From: Xylanibacter ruminicola 23
GTDB taxonomy: Bacteria; Bacteroidota; Bacteroidia; Bacteroidales; Bacteroidaceae
NCBI RefSeq assembly: GCF_000025925.1
Contig: NC_014033.1
Coordinates: 1,110,001-1,142,000, forward strand
Reading direction: 5' to 3'
Length of the DNA: 32,000 nucleotides
Shown here: piece by piece, positions 23,278-32,000 of the stretch
Layout: every line of letters starts with the position of its first letter
How positions within the stretch are numbered: the first letter of the stretch is position 1
The notes under the pieces: generated by a model
What the model saw: the letters and a program-made list of their open reading frames with translations, nothing else
The model's database searches: none
What the model was told of the DNA's origin: nothing
Translations under genes and position numbers: made by a program

Positions 23278-23386
23278 AATCGTAATCTTTAAATGGTTCA
23301 ACATTAAGTTATTATTCACATTGCAAAGATATGACGATTATGTGGGATATGAAAATGAAAACTCCTATACTTAATGGGGGAATACC

Positions 23387-23995
23387 CTATACTTGCGTAG
23401 GATATTCCCTCATGAGTGTTTTTATGAGTGGTACATACCATGTTTTTGTTTCCTGTTCGGTTGGCGTGTGGGCGCCGGGGAAATGGAATGCGTGCTGGTA
23501 GTGCTCTAAGAAGAGCGGTTCGAAGTGGGCCAAGGTATCTTGCTCGCCAAATAGGCCCCATATACGTTCGGGATTACGGCATGAATCGTTAGAGAACTGC
23601 TGGGTTTCCAGTTCAGCGAATTCATTGATAAGTGCTTCGTCGATAACAAAATCCTGATTACCATTGGCACGTGGCGATTTGTATTGCTGGGCGCCGATTC
23701 GGGGTTTCAGAAACTCGGTCATCTTGAAATGTGGATTACCAAGCAAAGCGGGAATGCCGATAGCAGGCGCAATCATCTGGGCGTAGAACGATCCGCAGCT
23801 GTTACCTACCAATACATCGGGCTTTTCGCGGTCGCACATATCGCGGATAAACGCCAAAGCCTCTTTGGGATGCAGGGGCAGATCGGGAGTCAGTACGATA
23901 GCCTCGCCATCGAATGCCTCCCTTAGTGCCTTTGCCGGCACGCATTGGCCACTGGCGTAGAATCCGTGTAGGAATAGAATCTTTGGGGTATCCAT
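23387..23995 (-). CDS. YqiA/UPF0227-like alpha/beta hydrolase (esterase)
   Basis: It has KILFLHGFYASGQ near the N-terminus and the nucleophile elbow VGNSCGSFYA. Its length of ~200 aa fits. Confidence 0.65.
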   Translation of the reverse strand: MDTPKILFLHGFYASGQCVPAKALREAFDGEAIVLTPDLPLHPKEALAFIRDMCDREKPDVLVGNSCGSFYAQMIAPAIGIPALLGNPHFKMTEFLKPRIGAQQYKSPRANGNQDFVIDEALINEFAELETQQFSNDSCRNPERIWGLFGEQDTLAHFEPLFLEHYQHAFHFPGAHTPTEQETKTWYVPLIKTLMREYPTQV

Positions 23996-24011
23996 CGGAT
24001 GCTTGATAGTG

Positions 24012-24410
24012 TTATGAGATACCTAAGAGTTCGATTTCGAAAATGAGTGTTGAACCACCGGGGATGCCAGGCTGCGAGAACTTACCGTAGCCCATTTCGG
24101 CTGGGATGTAGAGTTCCCACTTGTCGCCCACATGCATCTGCTGGATAGCGATGATCCAGCCCTCGATCAGGTCGCACAATCTGCAAGCCAGAGGCACACC
24201 ACCACGACTGCTATCAAACTTCTTGCCGTTAATCGTTCGGCCTGTATAATGTGCTGTGATGATACTGCGAACCGTTGGTTGGGCACTTGTCTGATCGCCC
24301 TCGCTTAATACCTTATAATATATACCCTTGGGCAATGCCTTTACGCCCTCCTCTTTTGCTTTAGCCTCCAGCCAATCCTTGTTGGCCTGGATATATTCAC
24401 GTTTTCCCAT
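24012..24410 (-). CDS. FKBP-type peptidyl-prolyl cis-trans isomerase
   Basis: HYTGRTINGKKFDSSRGGVPLACRLCDLIEGWIIAIQQMHVGDKWELYIPAEMGYG...IPGGSTLIFEIELLGI is the FKBP_C signature. Confidence 0.85.
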   Translation of the reverse strand: MGKREYIQANKDWLEAKAKEEGVKALPKGIYYKVLSEGDQTSAQPTVRSIITAHYTGRTINGKKFDSSRGGVPLACRLCDLIEGWIIAIQQMHVGDKWELYIPAEMGYGKFSQPGIPGGSTLIFEIELLGIS

Positions 24411-24509
24411 ATTTTATATCTTAATTTTTCTTGCAAAGATAGTAGATTTTGCTGAATATTCGAGTTTTATGTGTAATTTTGTGCCCAAAATTAACAAATT
24501 ATGGGATAC

Positions 24510-24650
24510 ATGGATAAATTCACGAAGTCGGAAGACTTTCGTCGAGAAGAGTTGATACGAATAATCGAGCACTCTGTAGAGCACTTGACTCTACAGGAGC
24601 TCGAGGCATTATATTATGATATGACCACCAAGAATTTTATTAATGATTGA
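24510..24650 (+). CDS. Possible small protein (46 aa)
   Basis: My own translation gives MDKFTKSEDFRREELIRIIEHSVEHLTLQELEALYYDMTTKNFIND. It fills an otherwise empty intergenic gap. Confidence 0.35.
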   Translation: MDKFTKSEDFRREELIRIIEHSVEHLTLQELEALYYDMTTKNFIND

Positions 24651-24674
24651 GGCGTTACCCCCAATCGCTGGTGG

Positions 24675-25850
24675 CTATTCTCTTCTTAAATTATAAGGAT
24701 ACGACAGTTTCCAAGGTGAATCTTCGAGTTTGAACTTCTTGGCGCCCTCTTGTGTGGCAGGAGTGCGTACAAGGGGAATGTCGGAGAGGTCCATCAGGTA
24801 ATAATAATAGGCGAACAGCTGGGTTAAGCCGCCTTTTACCGAATAGCGTGCCGAGATATATTCGGGTGTGATGGCATCGTTGCCACGTATGGCTTCTACC
24901 TCTTTATTGTAGGCTATCAGTTTGGCTATGGCATTTTTATAGGATGCTAAGGTTGCTGTTGGCGATTTCTGAATCCAGCGCTGTAAAAGCTTGCGGTTGT
25001 ACTGGGCTACAATCTCGCCTTCGCGCTTACGTCCCTCTATAAACCAGTCGGGTGTTTTCTTGGGGTTTTCGGCTGCTACGCGGGCACGCAGTTCGTCTTC
25101 GATGGCCTGCACCTGCTTGCACTCAGCCGACCCGAACCACTCTTTAATTATCTGCTTTACCAGTGGTGAATAAATATTGTAATAGAATCGTGGTGCACCG
25201 CCCTGTTTCTCGAGCAGCCACGATCCTCTGTCAAAATCTGCAGCCTCGGTATGAAGCACAATGTCGGTATTCATTTTGTAAAGCGATGTAATAACAGCTT
25301 TCATCTTGTCGAGCACCTTATTATATTGGGGCCATTTCTTGTCTACGTGAATGGTATCGAACGGCTGACCTTTGCGCGCTTTCTTGGCAATCTCCATTCG
25401 TAGCTTATTAAATCTGTCGCTTTCTGCTTTCAGTTCGGGTTCGGGCTCGTAATTATTCACGCCCTCGTTCAGTGGTCCAACTACACATACTGTATAGCGG
25501 GTCATTTTCTCACGTGTGTCAACTTCTGATGGATTAGGCAGTACGGGCAGATTCTTGTAAGCTTCCTCGTATGTGCTATACGAGTATTTCTCTACCAATG
25601 CCTTATGCTCCTCTTTACTGATTTTAAAGTCGGTTTGCAAGCCATTTCCTTCTTTGGCGGTATAGTCCCAGAACATGTGTCCACCCAGGTTCTGTGCGTA
25701 GTTACGCTCCTCGGGTTCTACATAAAGAATGTTAGTTTTTGTTGTTGTACCTTTGCCTTTGCTTTTGGCTTGGGTTTTCTTCTGTGCCTGCATGGGAGCA
25801 GCTCCCGCTAACAGTAGAGCAGCAACACAGATGTAGAGATGATGTTTCAT
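24675..25850 (-). CDS. Secreted hypothetical protein (391 aa)
   Basis: The signal peptide is MKHHLYICVAALLLAGAAPMQAQ. It is a long uninterrupted ORF with a promoter box upstream (plus-strand CAAAGATA near 25900). Confidence 0.6.
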   Translation of the reverse strand: MKHHLYICVAALLLAGAAPMQAQKKTQAKSKGKGTTTKTNILYVEPEERNYAQNLGGHMFWDYTAKEGNGLQTDFKISKEEHKALVEKYSYSTYEEAYKNLPVLPNPSEVDTREKMTRYTVCVVGPLNEGVNNYEPEPELKAESDRFNKLRMEIAKKARKGQPFDTIHVDKKWPQYNKVLDKMKAVITSLYKMNTDIVLHTEAADFDRGSWLLEKQGGAPRFYYNIYSPLVKQIIKEWFGSAECKQVQAIEDELRARVAAENPKKTPDWFIEGRKREGEIVAQYNRKLLQRWIQKSPTATLASYKNAIAKLIAYNKEVEAIRGNDAITPEYISARYSVKGGLTQLFAYYYYLMDLSDIPLVRTPATQEGAKKFKLEDSPWKLSYPYNLRRE

Positions 25851-26032
25851 AAAACTGATTAATTGATTCTTGTTTCTAAATATTTTTTATATCGACTGCA
25901 AAGATACTAATAAAAAGTGTAATTAAAATATCCTATGCCACCTGACGAACATAAAATATGAAACAAAGAACATTGATTTCTCATTTTTTATGTCTACTTT
26001 TGCACCCGACAACATGAAATATCGAATATTAT

Positions 26033-26935
26033 ATGGATATCAAGGACTTAAAACCAAGAACTGGAGCAGGCAGCTTACGAATAGCCGACAGCGACGAACT
26101 GGTGGTTATGGAGCACTTTGGTGGCGTTCCAGCTGGCAGGGTACGTCCCTTAGATCATGGTCTTGTTATTATCTGTACTGCCGGTGTGGCTCAATTTGAG
26201 TACGACGGTCATACTGTACAGTTAAGTAAGAACGACTTGTTTTTATTAATGGCCCACTCGGTGGTTGAGAAGTTTATGTCGTCGGTCGACTTTGATTGTC
26301 GCGAGCTATGGTTCTCGCGCGGTGAAATGTGGAATATGAATATGTATGTAAAAAATAGTTTGGCCGATCTGTTGCCGCTCAAGCATAATCCTAAGGTAAC
26401 ACTGAGCGACGTCGATGCAGCCCTGTTCGAGACTTACTTCAAGCAACTTAGTTACCACATACGTAACAGTTCGCAGCTACTTTATCCCGAGATTACGCAT
26501 TCTATTGTTGGTGCCTTCCTGCTCGAAGTTCTATCGGTACTGCGTCGCGGCAATAATATGCTGAAGGATAACCACCTAATTAATAATAGCGGACTGCACG
26601 GCAGGAAACTGGCCGACCGCTTTGTACAGTTGGTTGAACAGAGCGATGGACGCATACGTCGCGTGGATGAGTTTGCCCAGATGCTGAATGTTACACCCAA
26701 GTATCTGTCGAAACTGCTGATGGACACCATGCACCGTAAGCCCAGCGTGATAGTGGCCTTTTTTACGCTTCAGGCCATAGAGAACAGATTGCGATATACC
26801 GATATGACCATGCAGCAGATAGCCGATGATCTACACTTCGCCAATGCCTCGTTCTTTGGCAAGTACTTCAAGGAACACTCGGGCATGACGCCGATGGAGT
26901 ATCGCATCAAATATCATCAGGACGAGAAGAAATAA
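26033..26935 (+). CDS. AraC-family transcriptional regulator
   Basis: The C-terminal HTH is MQQIADDLHFANASFFGKYFKEHSGMTPMEYR. The N-terminal region is cupin-like. Confidence 0.8.
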   Translation: MDIKDLKPRTGAGSLRIADSDELVVMEHFGGVPAGRVRPLDHGLVIICTAGVAQFEYDGHTVQLSKNDLFLLMAHSVVEKFMSSVDFDCRELWFSRGEMWNMNMYVKNSLADLLPLKHNPKVTLSDVDAALFETYFKQLSYHIRNSSQLLYPEITHSIVGAFLLEVLSVLRRGNNMLKDNHLINNSGLHGRKLADRFVQLVEQSDGRIRRVDEFAQMLNVTPKYLSKLLMDTMHRKPSVIVAFFTLQAIENRLRYTDMTMQQIADDLHFANASFFGKYFKEHSGMTPMEYRIKYHQDEKK

Positions 26936-26974
26936 TCCTACACCTATTATATAATAATACACGAAAATTAATTT

Positions 26975-27886
26975 ATGGCTCTTATTAAACAGGATATCGA
27001 AACACTTTTGAATTTAAACTTAGTTGAGGCTGATGCCATTCGCGAGCGCAAGTTCCATGTATGTGTTGATGCAGTTAACTCTGACGATTGCATTGTTTTG
27101 GCAGAGTTGTTCCGCGCTCTTAACGTTGATTTTCTGATGCTGCAGAACGATAAGTATGGCATTTTGAATCGTACTAGAAAGGATGGGTTCGACCTTGGTT
27201 TGGTGGTTGATACTCAAACCTGCAGTTTGTCGATTATTTGCGAAGATGGCACTATGTTTGGTCAGGACTATACGCTGGTTGCTGTGGCCGACTACGTGCT
27301 TGGCCGTACTCCAGGTCATACTGTTAGCAGTCTTAATTGCACGCGGGCATTGCACGATATAACACTGAAACATGGTGGCATCCACTACACATCAGCCGTA
27401 GGTCAGACCAGCGTTGTGGAAAAGATAAAAGAGGTGGGCGCTGTAATTGGCGGCGAGGATAATGGTGGCATCATCTATCCCGAGTACAGTTACGAAAGCA
27501 GTGTACTGGTGGGCATTGTGCTTTTTCTCAGCAGCCTGGCTCAAAAGCAATGCACGGTTAGTCAGCTGCGTAGTACCCTCCCCAACTACCACATCGTAAA
27601 AAATCATATCGACCTTGCACCCAGTATTGATGTAGAATCAGTACTTAAGAGAGTTGAGAATCGGTTTGTACACGACGATAGCGCACAGATAAGCGATGTT
27701 GACGGACTAAAGATTGACTTCCCTGATCGTTGGGTATATCTTCACAAGTCGGCTGCCACGCCTGCTATTAGCGTATATAGTGAAGCCAAGAGCTTTGAGA
27801 ATGCTGATAATCTGGCCAACCAACTGCTGCTGTTTATCTACAATCTGCAGAAGGATATTCTGTTAATCCGTAAAATACATATATGA
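26975..27886 (+). CDS. Phosphohexomutase-superfamily protein that lacks domain I and has degenerate catalytic motifs
   Basis: It aligns by eye to domains II-IV of GlmM/PGM. VCVDAVNS corresponds to the vvDcanGa segment. GGEDNGGIIYPE replaces GGEQSGHiif. KSAATPAISVYSEA replaces RpSGTEPliRvyvEa. VVDTQTCS sits where DGDGDR would be. Confidence 0.55.
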   Translation: MALIKQDIETLLNLNLVEADAIRERKFHVCVDAVNSDDCIVLAELFRALNVDFLMLQNDKYGILNRTRKDGFDLGLVVDTQTCSLSIICEDGTMFGQDYTLVAVADYVLGRTPGHTVSSLNCTRALHDITLKHGGIHYTSAVGQTSVVEKIKEVGAVIGGEDNGGIIYPEYSYESSVLVGIVLFLSSLAQKQCTVSQLRSTLPNYHIVKNHIDLAPSIDVESVLKRVENRFVHDDSAQISDVDGLKIDFPDRWVYLHKSAATPAISVYSEAKSFENADNLANQLLLFIYNLQKDILLIRKIHI

Positions 27887-27967
27887 CATAAAAAAATTTA
27901 AGGGGTATTCTCACGAATACCCCAAAAATAGACTAACCAATTACTAACTAAAAACAAATATGAATTC

Positions 27968-28333
27968 TTACTTTATTATTCCACGGTTTTTGATCGTGGC
28001 ATTGAGAATGGCCATGTACTTACTCATCTGTTCGTCGTTAAGTACGTAGCTCATATGCTTCACATCAGTATCGATAGCGCGCTTAACCATAATCTCGCGC
28101 TCGCTACTGCTGTACTGTGTAGCATAACTCATCTCAGTATTAAACATGTTGTAGATGTTCTCTACAGCCTCTTTCTGATCGTTTGTCAGATTCAGAGCGT
28201 CTGAGAGTCTGTTGATATTGATGTTCAAATCATAAGCAGCAACGTTTGTTGCCTCGGGGGCAGCTGCTTCGTTCTTTGCAAAAGCTGTAGTCATACACAG
28301 CAAAGCAATCATTGTCAAAAATATCTTTTTCAT
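27968..28333 (-). CDS. Periplasmic Spy/CpxP-like (LTxxQ motif) small protein
   Basis: It has a signal peptide and the motifs LTNDQKEAVENIY and LNDEQMSKYMAIL. Confidence 0.5.
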   Translation of the reverse strand: MKKIFLTMIALLCMTTAFAKNEAAAPEATNVAAYDLNININRLSDALNLTNDQKEAVENIYNMFNTEMSYATQYSSSEREIMVKRAIDTDVKHMSYVLNDEQMSKYMAILNATIKNRGIIK

Positions 28334-28579
28334 CTTTTTACCCTTTCTTTTCTTTACTCGGAACGGTCTTTTTTGCCGCCCTACTTTTACCTATTGTAGT
28401 TATCCTTTATGTCTTTCGACGATGCAAAGGTACGACGTTTTTTGATAGATTGAGCATACTTTGTGTGTTTTGTGTGCGAACACAGTCCTTTTATTGACCA
28501 AAATCAAAACATTGATTTATCTCAACAGTGTGCTGAATACACAAAAAATCAGGCTTAAACGAAAAAAAAGGGCGTAAAA

Positions 28580-28611
28580 TTTGCAGGTACCAAATAAAAA
28601 TGTTACTTTTG
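28580..28611 (+). promoter_or_regulatory. Promoter of the tRNA pair
   Basis: TTTG (28580-28583), a 20-nt spacer, then TACTTTTG (28604-28611). Confidence 0.6.
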
Positions 28612-28630
28612 CACCCGCTAAAGGAGACCT

Positions 28631-28703
<73 letters not shown>

Positions 28704-28737
28704 CTCCTCAGCAAAATCAGAGATCTTATTCAGCATT

Positions 28738-28808
28738 GCGGAATTAGCACATCGGTAGTGCACGGGCTTCCCAAGCCTGGGAGGCGGGTTCGATTCCCGT
28801 ATTCCGCT
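28738..28808 (+). tRNA. tRNA-Gly (anticodon CCC)
   Basis: The acceptor is GCGGAAT/ATTCCGC, the D-arm GCAC/GTGC, the anticodon loop TTCCCAA, and the T-arm GCGGG-TTCGATT-CCCGT. Confidence 0.9.
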
Positions 28809-28815
28809 CATAGAT

Positions 28816-28847
28816 GTAGAGGGCACTGAGCCCCCTACTATTTTTTT
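28816..28847. terminator. Hairpin terminator between the tRNA pair (+) and the convergent LysM gene (-)
   Basis: The stem pairs GTAGAGGGC with GCCCCCTAC and is followed by TATTTTTTT. Confidence 0.6.
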
Positions 28848-29766
28848 ATCTTAAGCGCAGACCATCACCCACACGAATCTGGTAGTCGGGCGTCAGATGG
28901 TTCATCTTATACAGATTCTTCAAACGGATACCGTACTTCTGGGCGATAGTGTACATCGACTCGCCATCGCGCACGTAGTGCAGTCGACCCTTGTAATCCT
29001 TTGGTGCCTTGCGCTGTTTCTTCTTCAACCAGATAATCTCGCCCTCTTCCAACTTGTCCTTGCGATAACGCTCGTTGTATTTGGCTATCTTGCGGTAGCT
29101 GATGCCAACCTCCTCGCCTATCGACTTGAAGGTGTCGCCGCGACGGGCAATCATATAATAGTTCTTATTAAATATCTTGATGGAATGCAGCGAAGCACCG
29201 CCCACCTCCTGATCCTTGGTGCGCTGAGCCATAAAGTGATCGTAGCCCCTGGCGCTGTCGTATTGGTAGAGCTTATACATCTGTATAATCTCAATCAGCT
29301 TCTCGGCATAAATAGGATTGGTGGCATAACCGGCAGCCTTCAGTCCGCGAGCCCAACCCTTGTAATCGGTGGTTTTCAGATTAAACAGCGAACGGTAACG
29401 CTGGTTGGCTGCCAGGAATTTCGAGTGGTCTTCGTACGACTCGTAGGCATTGCTGTACACACGGAAACAGTCGTTACGTGCATCATCATCGTGATACGTA
29501 CGTGGACCCGTCCAACCGTTATTGCACTTAATACCAAAGTGGTTGTTACTGGTGCGGGTGAGCTCGCTTCTACCAGCGCCGCTCTCCAACAAACCCTGCG
29601 CCAAAGTAATCGATGCAGGTATGCGATAACGCTGCATCTGCTCGATGGCAATGTCCTTATATTGATCTACATATTGTTGATAAGCTTGATTCCATCTGAT
29701 CTGCGAAAACGCCGAAACCGACAGGAAAAAAGCTATGAAGACTATAAATTTTCTCATATTATGCAT
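28846..29766 (-). CDS. Glucosaminidase (GH73-like) with two C-terminal LysM domains
   Basis: The N-terminal region reads IPASITLAQGLLESGAGRSELTRTSNNHFGIK...YATNPIYAEKLI. The LysM repeats are YYMIARRGDTFKSIGEEVGISYRKIAKYN and HYVRDGESMYTIAQKYGIRLKNLYKMN. The start may instead be the ATG at 29757. Confidence 0.8.
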   Translation of the reverse strand: MHNMRKFIVFIAFFLSVSAFSQIRWNQAYQQYVDQYKDIAIEQMQRYRIPASITLAQGLLESGAGRSELTRTSNNHFGIKCNNGWTGPRTYHDDDARNDCFRVYSNAYESYEDHSKFLAANQRYRSLFNLKTTDYKGWARGLKAAGYATNPIYAEKLIEIIQMYKLYQYDSARGYDHFMAQRTKDQEVGGASLHSIKIFNKNYYMIARRGDTFKSIGEEVGISYRKIAKYNERYRKDKLEEGEIIWLKKKQRKAPKDYKGRLHYVRDGESMYTIAQKYGIRLKNLYKMNHLTPDYQIRVGDGLRLR

Positions 29767-29834
29767 TTTATTTGTGCAAAAGTAATGATTTCTCTCGAAT
29801 TATTTGTATTTTTGCAGAAAAATATAGGATTTTT

Positions 29835-30308
29835 ATGAGAGAACTGGAGCTAAAGTCGGTTATTAAAGTGTACGCCATGGAAGAACTGAGTGCTGAAGAA
29901 CGCCACTTGGTAGAGCTTGCTATCGAGGCTACAAGCCGCAGCTATGCCCCCTACTCTAAGTTTTGTGTAGGTGCAGCAGTACGTTTGGACAATGGTGTTG
30001 AAATTATAGGTTGCAATCAGGAGAATGCAGCTTATCCATCAGGCTTATGTGCCGAGCGTACCGCCTTGTTTGCAGCCGGCGCTCAGTATCCCGATCAGCC
30101 CGTACGTATGCTGGCCATTGCCGCTCGTGGTACTCATGGCGATCTGGAAGAAGAACCCGTTGGTCCTTGTGGCTCATGCCGTCAGGTCATCATCGAATCT
30201 GAGACCCGTGCCAAAGCCCCCATACGCATTCTGCTTTACGGAAAGAAGTACGTATATGTGATTGATGGCGTAAGAGAGCTGATGCCGCTCACTTTCTCAG
30301 AGTTTTAA
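29835..30308 (+). CDS. cdd: Cytidine deaminase
   Basis: YAPYSKFCVGAAV...CAERTALF...PCGSCRQVIIE are the zinc-binding CAE and PCGxCRQ motifs. I chose the ATG at 29835. Confidence 0.85.
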   Translation: MRELELKSVIKVYAMEELSAEERHLVELAIEATSRSYAPYSKFCVGAAVRLDNGVEIIGCNQENAAYPSGLCAERTALFAAGAQYPDQPVRMLAIAARGTHGDLEEEPVGPCGSCRQVIIESETRAKAPIRILLYGKKYVYVIDGVRELMPLTFSEF

Positions 30309-31633
30309 CGATAACATCCCAATCCCGCCGCTGTAGATAAAGCATCGAGGTGGAAATCGTAGTCAAGGTTGTCTTCATCAATCTTGATGAAATGGGCTTT
30401 TCCTTGAATCTCATCATTGGGCGATTCCCAGATGATATCGTTGAAATGGGCTGTATCGTCAATCTTTGGTGTTCGCAGCAGACTATGGGCAAACGTATAG
30501 TTAAACGCTGCACTATCTTTGGCCTGTTCGCCTATCAGCACATCATCGTCGTAACCTGTGATGATGGTTCCCTCGCACATTATATTATATAAAGGTGATG
30601 TTTGGTTGGTAAAACGCAAGGCAGCCCCGCGCCCACCTGTAAAGGGATAGAATTGCGCCAAGGTGCAATACACTATTTCTACCATTCCACCGTTAATATT
30701 CAGGCAGTCGCCCATCGCATTCGTCAGCTGACAGTTCTCCAAGCGCACGTGCGCATTGGTTAACTTTACGCCGTCGCCCTGACAATTATGTACCACACAT
30801 TGCTGCATTTTAAGGCGATAACTTACGCTGTCGATGGCTGTAGAATCGCAAATCAAACCTTGATTAGAATTACGTATCTGTGTGGTGTTCAATACGTTAT
30901 TGTTTGATGTGTTATAGAATCTGATACCCTTCCACTGACCAGGCACGCGATCGTATGGCAGATACGAGAACATACGATCCAGACGGTCGCCACGCATGGT
31001 GCAGTTGTCGGTATGCAGTGTTCCATATATCTCCATCCCAGCGTCGGCATGGAAGTAAAGTGTGGTGTTACGGATGGTGAGGTGTGCTCCTTCCTTTACG
31101 ATGAAATCTTCGTAAATCACCAAGGGCTTATCTGATTCTATCACCGAGTCGCGCTCAATCACAGGCTGCTCGCACTTGATGGCATCCCAAGCCCATGCCT
31201 TCAAACAAACGCTCTGTTCGGTACCGCTCTCCATTAAAAACACCAATTCATCGGTAATCTCTTTGGGCGCAGTCTGATAGGTTTCATACGGCGTTATCTC
31301 TACAACCACCAGAACGCTGTCGTTCTTACGAATCTCTACATCGTTGGTTTGCGAACCATTGTTGTTGTCCAGATACATGCCATCCACATTTACGCGAAAG
31401 CCGGTCTGGTTGCCGCGTTTCAAGCGTACGCTTTGCAGTTTTACGCCATTGTCATTGCGGTTGTTTACCCAGAAGGTATAGGTAGAAGACGCCGTACGAC
31501 TGAATACGGTATCGAGTTTGATAGTGTCCGAAGGAAAATCGAGGCGCAAGCCTGTACTGGTCGAGAACGAGTCGTCATCGGCGCAGGCCACCAGGCCTAA
31601 TATCAGTGGTATAAAAAAGAAAATCCGTTTCAT
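30305..31633 (-). CDS. Lipoprotein with right-handed parallel beta-helix repeats
   Basis: The lipobox is LILGLVAC. PbH1-like repeats are present (VVHNCQGDGVKLTNAHVRLENCQLTNAMGDCLNINGG). Confidence 0.65.
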   Translation of the reverse strand: MKRIFFFIPLILGLVACADDDSFSTSTGLRLDFPSDTIKLDTVFSRTASSTYTFWVNNRNDNGVKLQSVRLKRGNQTGFRVNVDGMYLDNNNGSQTNDVEIRKNDSVLVVVEITPYETYQTAPKEITDELVFLMESGTEQSVCLKAWAWDAIKCEQPVIERDSVIESDKPLVIYEDFIVKEGAHLTIRNTTLYFHADAGMEIYGTLHTDNCTMRGDRLDRMFSYLPYDRVPGQWKGIRFYNTSNNNVLNTTQIRNSNQGLICDSTAIDSVSYRLKMQQCVVHNCQGDGVKLTNAHVRLENCQLTNAMGDCLNINGGMVEIVYCTLAQFYPFTGGRGAALRFTNQTSPLYNIMCEGTIITGYDDDVLIGEQAKDSAAFNYTFAHSLLRTPKIDDTAHFNDIIWESPNDEIQGKAHFIKIDEDNLDYDFHLDALSTAAGLGCYR

Positions 31634-31674
31634 CTTAATGATAAAACGGATTATTCTTTAATTTATTGTGTAGA

Positions 31675-32000
31675 TTACTTGCCAAAATAGCGTTTCAGCA
31701 GTCCTGCAAAGCCTGCACCATGACGGGCCTCGTCCTTAGCCATTTCGTGAACGGTGTCGTGGATAGCATCGAATCCGGCAGCCTTAGCGTTCTTGGCAAT
31801 ACGGAACTTATCCTCGCAAGCACCAGCCTCGGCAGCAGCGCGCTTCTCCAGATTGGTCTTGGTGTCCCATACGCACTCGCCCAGCAGCTCAGCAAAACGT
31901 GAAGCGTGATCAGCCTCCTCGAAAGCATAACGCTTAAATGCCTCTGCAATCTCAGGATAACCCTCGCGGTCGGCCTGACGAGCCATAGCCAGATACATAC
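31675..32000 (-). CDS. Rubrerythrin-family (ferritin-like diiron) protein. It is partial: the N-terminus lies beyond the right edge.
   Basis: EEADHASRF and [10 protein letters not shown] are E-x-x-H diiron motifs. The frame stays open to the window edge. There is no C-terminal rubredoxin CxxC. Confidence 0.7.
   Translation of the reverse strand, partial: MYLAMARQADREGYPEIAEAFKRYAFEEADHASRFAELLGECVWDTKTNLEKRAAAEAGACEDKFRIAKNAKAAGFDAIHDTVHEMAKDEARHGAGFAGLLKRYFGK

Noticed and set aside
28897-29838. A 313-aa plus-strand ORF
   Set aside because: It lies entirely antisense to the well-supported glucosaminidase/LysM gene. Its translation is Leu/Val/Ile-rich and low in complexity with no motif. It is a typical shadow ORF.

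Overview
The window looks like a Bacteroidota (Prevotella/Bacteroides-like) chromosome. The evidence is that most transcription units are preceded by the TAnnTTTG -7 box, often with TTTG about 20 nt upstream, and Shine-Dalgarno sequences are almost absent. There are three zones.

(1) 1 to about 13.5 kb is a phage-like or phage-satellite-like mobile element, cut by the left edge of the window. It carries a minus-strand capsid module: a ClpP-like protease-scaffold fusion, a major capsid protein, two tandem paralogous structural proteins and a PRTase-domain protein. It also carries a small plus-strand cargo block (DUF1294, a zinc-ribbon protein, Hsp20), a TTGTGCA iteron field, a 1064-aa DnaG-type primase fused to a P-loop NTPase, and small regulators including an excisionase-like HTH. 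No portal, terminase or integrase is visible in the window.

(2) 13.9 to 20.0 kb is the most unusual part. A promoter-plus-structured-RNA unit occurs three times in direct orientation: two long copies of about 250 nt and one short copy of about 77 nt. The short copy keeps only the 5' module. Each copy has its own intrinsic terminator. The copies delimit two cargo cassettes that encode secreted proteins and toxin-antitoxin modules (an intact HigBA, and an orphan antitoxin with a toxin remnant). I do not recognise this RNA as a known family.

(3) 20 to 32 kb is ordinary chromosome: HAD phosphatase, nitroreductase, FKBP, YqiA-like esterase, an AraC regulator, tRNA-Thr and tRNA-Gly, a LysM glucosaminidase, cytidine deaminase, a beta-helix lipoprotein and a rubrerythrin-family protein.

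All function calls rest on motif recognition by eye. No database search was run.
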